In this document: piece after piece, positions 20,250 through 31,121 of the stretch | How positions within the stretch are numbered: the stretch's first letter is position 1 | How the letters are laid out: each line of letters starts with the position of its first letter | Assembly (NCBI GenBank): GCA_963778805.1 | Contig: CAVZVT010000005.1 | Location: 293,838-357,837, forward strand | From: an uncultured Chloroflexia bacterium | GTDB taxonomy: Bacteria > Chloroflexota > Limnocylindria > Limnocylindrales > CSP1-4 | Direction: 5' to 3' | DNA length: 64,000 bases | Position numbers and translations under genes: made by a program | Notes under the pieces: generated by a model | Seen by the model: only the letters and a program-made list of their open reading frames with translations | Told to the model about the DNA's origin: nothing | Database searches by the model: none

Positions 20250-20946
20250 ATGTCCCTCGTGGATCATCTCGGCGAGCTCAGGTCCCGACTGTTCCGCTGC
20301 ATCATCGCGGTCGCCGTCGGATCCGTGATCGGATACTTCGTCGCGACGCCGATCCGGAACTTCCTCATCCAGCCGCTGAGCGTCGGCTGGCGCCCAGCCG
20401 CATGTCCAGGTGCTCGGCCTTGGCGACGCGTTCGTCATCCAGATCAAGATCGCGATCGTCGTGGGCATCATCCTGGCCATGCCAGTCCTGCTCTACCAGC
20501 TGTGGGCATTCATCGCCCCGGGTCTCACGCCAACGGAGCGCCGCACGGTCCGGCCGTGGATCCCGCTGGCGCTGCTGTTCTTCGCGATCGGCGTGACGGT
20601 CGCCTACGTCATCCTGCCGTTCGCCGTCGGGTTCCTCCTGAGCTACACGGACGACGTGCTCGTCCAGGGCATCGCCGCCGGGCCGTACTTCGACTTCGTG
20701 ACGACGATGTTCCTCGCGTTCGGTCTCGTGATGGAATTCCCGATCCTGATGGTCGGTCTGTCGAAGGTCGGGATCCTCACGTCCCAGCGACTCAAGGAGT
20801 CGCGTCGCATGGTCATCCTGGGTATCGCGGTCTTCGCCGCGGTCGTGACGCCCGGTGGCGACCCATTCAGCCCCATCGTCCTCGGCGGCACGATGTACAT
20901 CCTCTTCGAGCTGACGACGCTCTTCATCAAGCGATCCGGCCGTTGA
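20250..20946 (+). CDS. tatC: twin-arginine translocase subunit TatC (frameshift near 20390-20410)
   Basis: The N-terminal block (MSLVDHLGELRSRLF…) and the 5-TM C-terminal block lie in different frames. Confidence 0.8.
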
Positions 20947-20978
20947 TCGGTCGGGGCACCTCGGATGCGACCCCCGGG

Positions 20979-21852
20979 GTGGAGGCGGATCCGTCGGTCG
21001 TCATCGTCAGTGGGCTGAGCGGTGGCGGGAAGACCGCCGCGGCCAAGTTGTTCGAGGACCTCGGCTACACCGTGGTCGACAACCTGCCCGGCGAGCTGCT
21101 CCCGGACCTCGCGGAACTCGTGTCGTCGGACCGTCAACGCTTTGCGCGCGTCGCCATCGTGCTCGATATCCGAGCCCGGGAGCCCGGTCTCGCCCTCGCC
21201 GCGATGCGCGGCGCCCTGGAGGGTCGCGGGATCCGGCCGCGGGTCGTCTTCCTCGAGGCGAGCGACGACGTCCTGATCCGGCGGTTCAGCGAGACTTCGA
21301 CACCGCCATCCCCTCGATGACGACCAGGGCATCGCGAGCGCGATCGCCCAGGAACGCGAGATCCTCGAGCCGCTCCGCGCGGAAGCCGACATCGTCCTCG
21401 ATACCTCGGCGCTGTCGTTGCGCGAGCTCCGCGAGCGACTGTTCGGGCAGCTCGCGACGGCGGCCCGCTCGGACCAGCTCGCCATCCAGCTCATCAGTTT
21501 CGGGTTCAAGTACGGCCTGCCGCTCGAGTCGGACCTCGTGTTCGACGTGCGGTTCATGGAGAACCCGTTCTACATCGCGGACCTGCGGCCGCTCTCCGGG
21601 CTGACCGACGAGGTCAAGGCCTTCGTCCTCGACCAGCCGGTCGCGACCCAGTTCCTCGATTTCCTCTTCGGTTTCCTCGACTTCGCCATCCCGGCCTACA
21701 TCGCCGAGGGCAAGACCCGTCTGGCGATCGCGATCGGCTGCACGGGCGGGTATCACCGTTCGATCGTGGTGACCGAGGAACTGGCCGCCTGGCTCCGCGG
21801 TCGCGATGTCGGTCCCGTCGCGGTCTTCCATCGAGAGCTCGAACGACGATGA
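20979..21852 (+). CDS. rapZ: RNase adapter protein RapZ (frameshift near 21295)
   Basis: P-loop VIVSGLSGGGKT, the conserved core, and C-terminal GCTGGYHRS across two frames. Confidence 0.8.
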
Positions 21853-23190
21853 ACCTGCGGCGCTGGCTGTCGCCCGGTATCGGCGTCAAGCGCTGGCTCC
21901 TCGTGGTCTTCGTCGGGATGTTGCTGCTGGCCCTTGCCGTCGCGCACACGCTTCGACAGGTCAGCCAGGATCTCGACCCGGGTGGGTTCGCCGGATCGGT
22001 GATCGATCTGCTGACCCTCCAGTTCCTGCCGTACCCGCTTCGTGGCCTGATCGTCGGGGGTGTCGGGATCGGGCTCCTGGCCTACGGATCGTTCCGCGTC
22101 ATCCGGGCGTTCATGGACCCGTTCCGGACGACCGAGGGCGACCAGCCACTCGTCGAGCTGATCTACCAGAAGCGGTTCCTGGCGCGTGGTCCGCGGATCG
22201 TGACCATCGGTGGCGGGACCGGGCTGTCGGCCCTGCTGCGCGGTCTCAAGGAGCACACGAGCAATCTGACGGCGGTCGTCACGGTCGCCGACGACGGCGG
22301 GTCGTCGGGTGTGCTTCGGCACGAGCTCGGGATCCCGCCCGTCGGGGACATCCGCAACTGCATCGCGGCCCTCGCCGATGCCGAGCCGCTCATGAACCAG
22401 CTCCTCCAGTACCGGTTTCCGGATGCGGACGCCGATGCCGATGCCGATGCCGGCGTGCCCGGACTCGGTGGTCATGCCGTGGGCAATCTGCTGATCGCGG
22501 CGATGACCGCGGTGGAAGGCGGCGACTTCGAGGAGGGGGTCCGGCAGATGAACCGGATCCTCGCGGTCCGGGGTCAGGTGCTGCCGGTCTCGGCCACGCC
22601 ACTGACGCTGCACGCCCGGCTTCGAGACGGGACCGTGGTGGACGGACAGTCGCGGATCATGCGGACCAGCGGGATCGACCGCGTGTGGCTGACGCCGGCC
22701 GACGTCGAACCGTCGGAGGATGCGCTGGCCGCGATCGCCGAGGCCGACCTGATCGTCCTTGGCCCGGGGAGTCTCTTCACGAGCCTGCTCCCGAGTCTGC
22801 TCATCCCGGGGATCCGCGACGCGGTCATGACGTCCGGGCGCGACCCGGGCGTTCGTCTGCAACGTCGCGACCCAGGAAGGCGAGACCGACGCCATGGATC
22901 TCGCCGCCCATGTCGAGGCGCTCGTGGCCCACACGGCGCCGGGGATCGTGGACTTCGTCGTCGCGAACAACCAATTCGATGCGCGAGTCCCGGCTGACTG
23001 GACCGCGCAGCCCGTCCGTCTGCGTTGGCCGCCCGCGGTCAGCCCGACGCCGCGGCTGGTCCTGGACGCCGTCGTGGATGCGGACAATGCCCATCACCAT
23101 GACCCGGCCCGATTGGCCGAGACGCTGCTGCGCGCCTTCGAACGCGAGGGCGGGGTCCATCGACACCGCGCCGTCGCCCGGTCGGCTTGA
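21849..23190 (+). CDS. yvcK: gluconeogenesis factor / UPF0052 (YvcK, CofD-like); frameshift near 22840
   Basis: RIVTIGGGTGLS…VVTVADDGGSSG motif; the ATGA overlaps rapZ; the C-terminal ~100 aa lie in another frame. Confidence 0.8.
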
Positions 23191-23214
23191 GCCGCTTGGC
23201 ATGACCCGCTCCCG

Positions 23215-23980
23215 ATGACGCGCTCCGAGCGCGACCTCGTCACGGCGCTGCGAGCCGAGCTGGCCGCCATCGATCCCGCCCGGCCCTGCGACCGAGCCGC
23301 CGAGTCGATCGGGCTTGGGGCGGACGGCGTCGGATCCGGCGGTTCGCGATGGCCCGGTGGCTCGTCTCGCGGTCCGTCTCCGTCGCGGCGCCGACGATGC
23401 CGCGACACCCTTCGATTGGGCGACCGCGCCCGACCATTGCCGGACCGCGTGGCTCCGTGGGCGGTTCCTCGGCCGCGGCTCGCTCAGCCTCGCCGGTGGA
23501 CGGACCCACCTCGAATTCGTCGTCGCTCCCGATGAGGCACCGGTGCTCGCGGCCCACCTGGGCGACATCGAGCTGCCCGCCTCCTGGCGGCTGCGCCGAG
23601 GCCGTGGGGTCGTCACGTGGAAGAGCGGCGAGACCGTCGGGACGTTCCTGCGACGCATCGGGGCGGGTGGCGCGCTGCTCGAACTCGAGGCCCGGCAGGT
23701 GTCGCGGGCGCTTCGCGGCGACCTCAATCGAGTCCTCAACGCCGACTCCGCGAACCTGCAGCGGGCGGTGAGCGCCGCGGGTCGACAGCTCGACGCCATC
23801 GCGATCCTCGATGCGGATGGGCGACTGGCCAGGCAGCCCGAAGTCGTGCGTCTCGTGGTCGCGGCCCGGACGGAGACCCCGGAGGCGACGCTGTCCGAAC
23901 TGGCGGAACGACTGTCGATCCATCGCTCGCAGGTCCAGCGAGCCCTCGAGCGGGTCGAGCACCTCGCCACTCTGTCATGA
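23215..23980 (+). CDS. whiA: sporulation/cell-division regulator WhiA (at least 1 frameshift near 23300-23350)
   Basis: N-terminal MTRSERDLVTALRAELAAIDPARPCDRAAE, a LAGLIDADG-like middle, and a C-terminal HTH (…LSELAERLSIHRSQVQRALERVEHLA). Confidence 0.8.
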
Positions 23981-24779
23981 TTCCGGCGATGCGTGACGTG
24001 ATCGTGGCCGCGAACTGGAAGATGCACACGACGCCGGCCGATGCGGGCGAGCTCGCCCGAACCATCGCCAGCCGCACCCGGGAGTCCGGCGTGATCCGGG
24101 TCATCTGTCCGCCCTTCGTGTGCCTGGCCGCGGTGCGGGACGCGCTGTCGAGGCGACGATCCCGACGTGGGGGTCGGGGCCCAGAACGTCCATCACGAGC
24201 TTGCCGGTGCGTTCACGGGCGAGACGTCGGCCCCGATGCTCGCCGGTCTCGCGACGTGGGTCATCGTGGGTCACTCGGAGCGACGCCGCGACGCGGGCGA
24301 GACGGACGAGCTGATCGGTCGCAAGCTCGGCCGGGCCGTGGACGCGGGGCTGCGACCGATCCTGTGCGTCGGTGAACAGCTCGACGAACGCGAGGCCGGC
24401 GACCAGACCGCGGTCGTCGCGCGGCAGCTCACCACCTGCCTCGCCGGCCAGGAGCCCGCCGCGCTCGAGGCGGCGGGTCTGGTCATCGCCTACGAGCCGG
24501 TCTGGGCGATCGGCACGGGCAAGAACGCGAGTGGCCGCGACGCCGCCGACATGGCCGAAGCGATCCGGGCCGCGCTGCGCGGTCTGGGCTGGGGCGAGGC
24601 CGCGGACCGGACGCCGATCCTGTACGGGGGGAGCGTGACCTCCGCGAACATCGGGGAGTTCCTGAACGAGCCGTCCGATCGACGGGGCCCTCGTCGGTGG
24701 TGCCTCGCTCAAGCCCGATGAGATGGCCGGGATCGTGGCCCGTGCGGGTCTGACGGCGCGCGCTCGCGCCAGCGCGTGA
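23977..24779 (+). CDS. tpiA: triosephosphate isomerase (2 frameshifts)
   Basis: AANWKMH…, VIVGHSERR, AYEPVWAIGTG, GGSV across three frames. Confidence 0.8.
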
Positions 24780-26364
24780 CGACCGCCCGCCGCGACCGAC
24801 CTCGGCCCATCGTCCTCGTCGTCCTCGACGGGTTCGGCATCGGTCACGACCCGGCCGCGGATGCCATCGCCGCCGCGCCGATGCCGACCTGGCGATCCTT
24901 GCTGGCCCGCTGGCCGCATGCCACGCTCGGGGCGTCGGAAGGCGATGTCGGTCTGCCACCGGGTCAGATGGGCAACTCCGAGGTGGGCCACCTCAACCTC
25001 GGCGCCGGACGCCCGGTCCTCCAGGACCTGCCGCGGATCGATGCCGCCATCGCGGATGGTTCGTTCTTCGAGCGACCCGCGTTCCTGGCCGCGTGCGATC
25101 GGGTCGTGGCCACGGGCGGGACGCTCCATCTCGATCAGCCTCATCGGTCCGGGTGGCGTCCACGCCAACGACCGACACCTCGTCGCCCTCGCGGAGCTCG
25201 CCGCCCGTCGTGGCGTCGCCCGTGTGCGCGTCCACGCGCTGCTCGACGGTCGGGACACGGCGCCGCGGTCAGGGCGCGCCTACGTGGCGGACCTGGAGGC
25301 GCGACTCACGCCGGCCCACCCGGACGTCCGGATCGCGACGGTCGGCGGCCGATACTTCGGGATGGATCGCGACGGTCGCTGGGACCGGGTGGAACGCGCC
25401 TACGACGCGATCGTCCATGCCGAATCCGACAACCACTGGCCGGATGCCGACGACGCCGATCCGCAACGCCTACGCGAGCGACGAAGGCGACGAATTCGTG
25501 CGCCCGACCATCATCGAAACGGGCGCGTCGCCCATGGTCGACGGTGACGCCGTCATCCACGCCAACTTCCGTGCGGACCGGGCACGCCAGCTCACGCACG
25601 CCCTCGCCGATGGGCCGTCGTTCGCCGAGTTCGACCGGACCTCACCGTCCGGCCGTCCCGCGCCGACGGACCTGCTCGTCGTCACCATGACCGAGTACGA
25701 GGAAGGGCTCCCGGTGCAGGTGGCCTTCCCGCCCGAGATCGTCCGGTCGCTCGCCGATGCGGTCGCGGAAGCGGGTTGGCGTCAGTTCCACGTGGCGGAG
25801 ACCGAGAAGTACGCCCACGTGACCTACTTCTTCAACGGCGGTCGGGAGGCCCCACATCCCGGGGAGGACCGACGCCTCATCCCGAGCCAGAAGGTCGCGA
25901 CCTACGATCTCGCACCGGCGATGAGCGCCGACGGCGTCACGGACGCCCTGGTCGAGGCGATCGCGAGCGGCACGTACGACGTCATCGTCGCGAACTTCGC
26001 CAACCCGGACATGGTCGGGCACACCGGGGTCTGGGACGCGACGCTCGACGCCCTCGCGACCATCGATGCCTGTCTGACCCGTGTCGTGGCCGCGATCGAA
26101 GCCGTCGACGCCGACGAGCCCGGCGCCCCGGGAGCGCTCCTCGCGATCACCGCCGATCACGGCAACGCGGACCACCTGCGTGACGCCGCGGGCGACCCGG
26201 TCACGGCCCACTCACTCAACCCGGTGCCGTTCGTCCTCGTGGGTCGCGCGGCGCTGGGTCTCGAGCTCCGCGATGGGGTGCTCGCCGATGTCGCACCGAC
26301 GTTGCTCGAACTCGCGGACCTGCCGCCGTGGGAAGGGATGACCGGCCGAAGCCTCATCCTGTGA
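24776..26364 (+). CDS. gpmI: 2,3-bisphosphoglycerate-independent phosphoglycerate mutase (at least 2 frameshifts)
   Basis: VVLDGFGIG…GNSEVGHLNLGAGR…ADHGNAD… across three frames. Confidence 0.8.
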
Positions 26365-26402
26365 TAGCATCCGTCGCCGTTGCCGCAAGAGGTCGTCGAC
26401 CC

Positions 26403-26633
26403 GTGAATCCGCTCCTGGCCTTCGGCCAGATCATCGTCAGCATCGCGCTCATCATCGCCATCCTGCTTCAGGCGCGTGGGACCGGACTCTCCGGCACGTT
26501 CGGTGGCGATTCGGCCGTCTACCGCAGTCGGCGGGGCGTCGAGCGACGGCTCTGGCAGTTCACGGTGATCCTGCTCGTCCTCTTCGTGGCGTTCTCGCTC
26601 GCGTCGTTCATCTTCGCTCCGGCCACCGCGTAA
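26403..26633 (+). CDS. secG: preprotein translocase subunit SecG
   Basis: A 76-aa protein with two TM helices and the Gly-rich loop LLQARGTGLSGTFGG. Confidence 0.7.
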   Translation: MNPLLAFGQIIVSIALIIAILLQARGTGLSGTFGGDSAVYRSRRGVERRLWQFTVILLVLFVAFSLASFIFAPATA

Positions 26634-26681
26634 CGCGATGAGCCGGCCGCGACGAGCGGCGTTCCACACGCTCGGAGCCCG

Positions 26682-28418
26682 ATGACCCGGACCGACACCG
26701 CCGTGGTCGGGGCGCTCGTCGTATCGCTCGCGGTCATCGCGGGCCTCGTCGGGATCCCCGCTCTTCAGGCAAGATCCGCCAGCCCCGAACCAACGAGTCC
26801 GTCGTCCGGCTATGCCGAGACCCGGGCGTATCGCGAGGGCATCGTCGGTCATCCGACATCGGTCAGCCCCTTGACCGCCAGGACGCAGGCCGACCGCGAT
26901 CTGGTGGCCCTGATCTTCTCGGGTCTCGTCCGCAACGGTCCTGACGGGACGATCGTGCCCGATCTCGCCGAGCGTTGGTCGGTCGATGCCGACGGCCTCG
27001 TCTGGACGTTCGACCTTCGCCCGGATGCCCGATGGCACGACGGCGAGCCGGTGACCGCTGACGACGTCGTCTACACGATCCAGACGCTCCAGGACAGTGC
27101 CTACACCGGCCCCGGCGCGACGTCGTGGTCGGAGGTCGAGGTCCACGCGGTGTCGCCGACCCGTGTGACCTTCACGCTCACGCATCCGCTGGGGGGCTTC
27201 CTCCAGGCGGCGACGCAACCGATCGCCCCGTCGCACCTCCTCGGCGAGGTCCCGGTGAGCCTGCTGCCGGACCACCCGTTCGGTCAGCAACCGGTCGGGT
27301 CGGGTCCGTTCGCGCTCGAGAGCATGGACGCGGACCATGCACGACTCGTGCCGGCCGTCACCCTGGACGACACCGGCGAAGACGTCGCCGACCCCTCCGC
27401 GGCACCCACCGACTCACTCACGACCGCGAGCCCGACGCTCCGCCCGCAACGACCGATCCCGTATCTGTCGGCCATCGAGTTCGAGTTCTTCGACGATGCC
27501 GACGCGCTCGCGGCGGCCTACCGCGATGGCGACCTGGACGCGGCGTCGGGGCTGTCCCCGGCGATGGCCGCCGAACTTGCCTCGACCGCGGGGAGTCGTC
27601 TGCTGCGCTACCCGGGCTCCACGCTGACGTCGGTCATCCTCAACCTGCGCCCGGATCACCCCGAATTCCGCGACCCGATGGTCCGCACGGCGCTGCTCGA
27701 GGCGATCGACCGGTCCGGGCTGATCGACACGGTCTATGCGTCGGGCGCCGTGGTGGCGCCGGGCCCGATCCCGCCATCTTCGCCACTGTTCGATCCCGCG
27801 GCGGCTCCGGCGGTGGACTACTCGATCGCGGACGCGATCAAGGCCCTCAAGAAGGCCGACTGGACCAAGAAGGACGACGGCTGGTATCTCCCCGGAGCCA
27901 AGGATCCGTTGACCATCGAGGTCCTGAGCCCGGAGGAGGACGCCAACGCCGCGGCCTTCGGTGTGGCCGAGAAGGTCGTCGCCGCCTGGCGAGGGATCGG
28001 GCTTGGTGCGACCCATGTCGCGCTCCCGCCGTCGGAGTTCGTCACCGACCGACTGGCTGCGGCGAAGTTCTCGGCCGCGGTCACCGATGTGGCGATCGGT
28101 CTTGACCCGGATCTCTATCCGCTCCTGGCATCGAGCCAGACGAGGACCGGCGGTTCCAACATCGCCGGCGTGCAGGATCCGGCGCTCGATACGTTGCTGG
28201 AGGCGGCCCGGGCGCCAGGCACGCCAGCGGATCGGTACAACGCCTACTCGGCCCTCCAGAAGCAGCTCGGCAAGGGTCGATACCTGCTCCCGATCGCCTT
28301 CCAGGACGAGGTTGCGGTGGTCCGCGACAGCGTCACCGGACCCGTCGCAAGACAGGTTTCGGGGCCGGAGGACCGATTTTGGGATGTGCTAACATGGCGC
28401 CTCGCTGCCGACCGGTGA
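26682..28418 (+). CDS. ABC transporter substrate-binding protein, family 5 (peptide/nickel type), orphan
   Basis: Signal/TM N-terminus and family-5 SBP architecture (~578 aa); no permease or ATPase genes adjacent. Confidence 0.75.
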   Translation: MTRTDTAVVGALVVSLAVIAGLVGIPALQARSASPEPTSPSSGYAETRAYREGIVGHPTSVSPLTARTQADRDLVALIFSGLVRNGPDGTIVPDLAERWSVDADGLVWTFDLRPDARWHDGEPVTADDVVYTIQTLQDSAYTGPGATSWSEVEVHAVSPTRVTFTLTHPLGGFLQAATQPIAPSHLLGEVPVSLLPDHPFGQQPVGSGPFALESMDADHARLVPAVTLDDTGEDVADPSAAPTDSLTTASPTLRPQRPIPYLSAIEFEFFDDADALAAAYRDGDLDAASGLSPAMAAELASTAGSRLLRYPGSTLTSVILNLRPDHPEFRDPMVRTALLEAIDRSGLIDTVYASGAVVAPGPIPPSSPLFDPAAAPAVDYSIADAIKALKKADWTKKDDGWYLPGAKDPLTIEVLSPEEDANAAAFGVAEKVVAAWRGIGLGATHVALPPSEFVTDRLAAAKFSAAVTDVAIGLDPDLYPLLASSQTRTGGSNIAGVQDPALDTLLEAARAPGTPADRYNAYSALQKQLGKGRYLLPIAFQDEVAVVRDSVTGPVARQVSGPEDRFWDVLTWRLAADR

Positions 28419-28438
28419 CCCGGTCGCACGGGGTCCAC

Positions 28439-28525
28439 GCCGAGGTGGCGGAATAGGCAGACGCGCTGGTTTCAGGTACCAGTGGCCGCAAGGTCGTGTG
28501 GGTTCAAGTCCCTCCCTCGGTACCA
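28439..28525 (+). tRNA. tRNA-Leu (anticodon CAG)
   Basis: Cloverleaf with acceptor GCCGAGG/CCTCGGT, anticodon loop TTCAGGT, a long variable arm and an encoded CCA. Confidence 0.85.
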
Positions 28526-28557
28526 CTCTCCCTCCGGACCCGACAAAGGCGACACCT

Positions 28558-28642
28558 GCCCAGGTGGCGGAATTGGTATACGCGTACGTTTGAGGGGCGT
28601 ATGAGGCAACTCATCCGGGTTCAAGTCCCGGCCTGGGCACCA
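28558..28642 (+). tRNA. tRNA-Leu (anticodon GAG)
   Basis: Acceptor GCCCAGG/CCTGGGC, anticodon loop TTGAGGG, a long variable arm and an encoded CCA. Confidence 0.8.
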
Positions 28643-28695
28643 ATCCATCGATCGATCTGACGACCGTCCGACAGGGCGGTCGTCATACTGTCCGT

Positions 28696-28772
<77 letters not shown>

Positions 28773-28780
28773 CCCATCGC

Positions 28781-30073
28781 GTGCGCGGAGGGACACGAGT
28801 GACCCACGAAGCCGATCTCGAGCGCGCATCGCGCTTCGTCATCCGCGACGTCGCGATCCTCGATGGGACCGGTCGGGATCCGGTCGGTCGATCGGACGTG
28901 GAAGTCGGTCCCGACGGCATCCGCAAGATCGCGCGCAGCGGGTCGATCCGGACACGGGCTCGCTCGATCGACGGGTCTGGCTGCACGCTGATGCCCGGGC
29001 TCACGGACGCCCATGTCCACCTCGCCGTGCTCGGGCCACATGGCGACTTCGACGACGAGGCACCGATCGCCCACGTGCTCAACGTGGCCAGGATGATCGA
29101 CGGCGTCCTCGATGAAGGGTTCACGACCGTCCGGGACGCGGGCGGGCTGGAGCCGACGTGGGCGAAGCTCGTGGCGAGCGGCACGATCCGGGGTCCGCGC
29201 ATCCTCCCATCCGGGTCCGTGCTGTCGCAGACGGGTGGCCACGGTGATGTGCGCGCGCAGCACGAGGCGGTCCACCGACATTCGGCCATCCCGGGCCTCA
29301 TCGCCCGGTCCGAGGTCGTGGACGGTCCCGACGAGGTCCGGCGCGCCGCGCGCGAGCAACTCCGCCGAGGGGCGACGCAGATCAAGGTCCTCGCATCGGG
29401 TGGCGTCGTCTCCCCGACGGACCCATTCGACAGCATCCAGTTCAGTCCGGCCGAGCTGGAGGCCGCCGTCGAGGTGGCCGCGAACTGGAATACCTACGTG
29501 ATGGCGCATTGCCACACGTCGCCGGCGATCCGGGTCGCGATCGAGGCCGGAGTGCGGTCCATCGAGCACGGGTCCCTGCTGGACCGCGAGACAGCCCGCG
29601 AGATGCAGGCTCGTGGCGTGTTCCTGGTGCCGACCCTGCAAGCCATCAGCTTCATCAGCAGGTATCCGGAACGGTTCTCCCTGTCCGCCGCGAAGATCGC
29701 GCGCGTGGCCGAGGTCGCGACCCAGGTCGCCGACAGCCTTCGGATCGCCGACGAGGCCGGGATCGAGATCGGGTCCGGATCGGACGTCGTCGGGCCCTGG
29801 CAGGGTCGCCGTGGCGAGGAACTGGTCCTCAAGGCGAAGATCCTCGGCGCGCACAAGGCGATCGTGGCTGCCACGCGAACGAACGCTCGGCTCTTCGGCC
29901 TCGAGGACCGGATCGGGACCGTGGAGGTGGGCAAGGTCGCCGACCTCATCCTGGTCGCCGGCGAGCCACTCGACCGGATCGAACTGTTGGCAGAACCGAC
30001 GTCGATCCCGTGGGTCATGCACGACGGCATCGTCGTGAAGGACGCCGACGCTCGAACGGCGTCCATCGACTGA
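28781..30073 (+). CDS. metal-dependent amidohydrolase family protein
   Basis: Conserved GLTDAHVHL and …VMAHCHT…IEHG… His residues typical of the amidohydrolase superfamily; the start may instead be GTG 28799. Confidence 0.75.
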   Translation: MRGGTRVTHEADLERASRFVIRDVAILDGTGRDPVGRSDVEVGPDGIRKIARSGSIRTRARSIDGSGCTLMPGLTDAHVHLAVLGPHGDFDDEAPIAHVLNVARMIDGVLDEGFTTVRDAGGLEPTWAKLVASGTIRGPRILPSGSVLSQTGGHGDVRAQHEAVHRHSAIPGLIARSEVVDGPDEVRRAAREQLRRGATQIKVLASGGVVSPTDPFDSIQFSPAELEAAVEVAANWNTYVMAHCHTSPAIRVAIEAGVRSIEHGSLLDRETAREMQARGVFLVPTLQAISFISRYPERFSLSAAKIARVAEVATQVADSLRIADEAGIEIGSGSDVVGPWQGRRGEELVLKAKILGAHKAIVAATRTNARLFGLEDRIGTVEVGKVADLILVAGEPLDRIELLAEPTSIPWVMHDGIVVKDADARTASID

Positions 30074-30083
30074 CGAGCCTCGG

Positions 30084-30427
30084 TCAGCCCTCGGTCGGCG
30101 TCCCCTGGTGGAATCGGAGTCGCCAGCGACCGTCGCGGCGGACCCAGACCGATGAACGGTTCGCGTCCGTCGTCCGGTACGTGACGAGGACGACGTCCGG
30201 ACCAAGCTCGGCGACCTGGAAGTCGCGGATCGGCGACCGGTGGCCGTCGGCGATCCCTCGAGCAGCTCCCGGATCGTCTCGCGTGTCCAGCGTCGCCCGC
30301 TGCGACCGAACTCGATGAAGTCGTCGGCGATGAGCGCCATCAGGCCGCCATCGATGCCCTGAGGGTCACGGGCGGCGAGCGCCGTCTCGTATCGAAGCAG
30401 CTCGTCGCGTCGGGTCGTGTCCATCAC
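30084..30427 (-). CDS. SnoaL-like/DUF4440 small protein (frameshift near 30250)
   Basis: N-terminal MDTTRRDELLRYETALAARDPQGIDGGLMALIADDFIEFGRSGRRW… and C-terminal …FQVAELGPDVVLVTYRTTD…VWVRRDGRWRLRFHQGTP in adjacent frames. Confidence 0.45.
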
Positions 30428-30532
30428 GCGATTCTAGGTCCCGGTTCTCCGAGTTCGCGGGTGAGCGTGCACGCAGGCTGTAGACTGAGACGGACGGGCG
30501 GTCCCAGGGCTGCCCCACTGGAGGAGGGGCAC

Positions 30533-31099
30533 GTGCTGCCGCTGATCATCATCATCGCGATCGTCGTCGTCCTCGTGGTCGTCGTGATCGGGATCTACAA
30601 CGGTCTGGTCCAGCGCCGCCTGCGGGTCGACGAGGCGTTCGCCCAGATCGAGGTCCAGCTCAAGCGTCGTCACGACCTGATCCCGAACCTCGTGAACGCG
30701 GTCAAGGGCTACATGGGCTTCGAGCAGAAGGTCCTGACCGACGTCACCAACGCTCGCGCATCGGCGGTGGCCGCCGGAGCCCAGGGGCCGGCCCAGCAGG
30801 CAGCCGCGGAGAACGCCCTGACCGGGACGCTGCGCTCGCTGTTCGCCGTCGTGGAGAACTACCCGGAGCTGAAGGCCAGCGTCAACGTGCTGGAGCTCCA
30901 GGAACAGCTGACGACGACCGAGAACCAGATCTCGTTCTCGCGCCAGCACTACAACGCGACGGTCCTCGACTACAACACCTCGATCGCCACGTTCCCGAAC
31001 GTGATCATCGCCGGGCCGTTCGGCTTCAGCAAGCGTGAGTTCTTCGACGCCGAGCCCGAAGCCGCCAACGTCCCCAACGTCGATCTCAGCCTGAGCTGA
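30533..31099 (+). CDS. lemA: LemA family protein
   Basis: N-terminal TM helix, then LVQRRLRVDEAFAQIEVQLKRRHDLIPNLV…NYPELKAS; GGAGGAGGGG RBS. Confidence 0.8.
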   Translation: MLPLIIIIAIVVVLVVVVIGIYNGLVQRRLRVDEAFAQIEVQLKRRHDLIPNLVNAVKGYMGFEQKVLTDVTNARASAVAAGAQGPAQQAAAENALTGTLRSLFAVVENYPELKASVNVLELQEQLTTTENQISFSRQHYNATVLDYNTSIATFPNVIIAGPFGFSKREFFDAEPEAANVPNVDLSLS

Positions 31100-31121
31100 C
31101 CGGCGGTCCTCAGGAGGGGCC

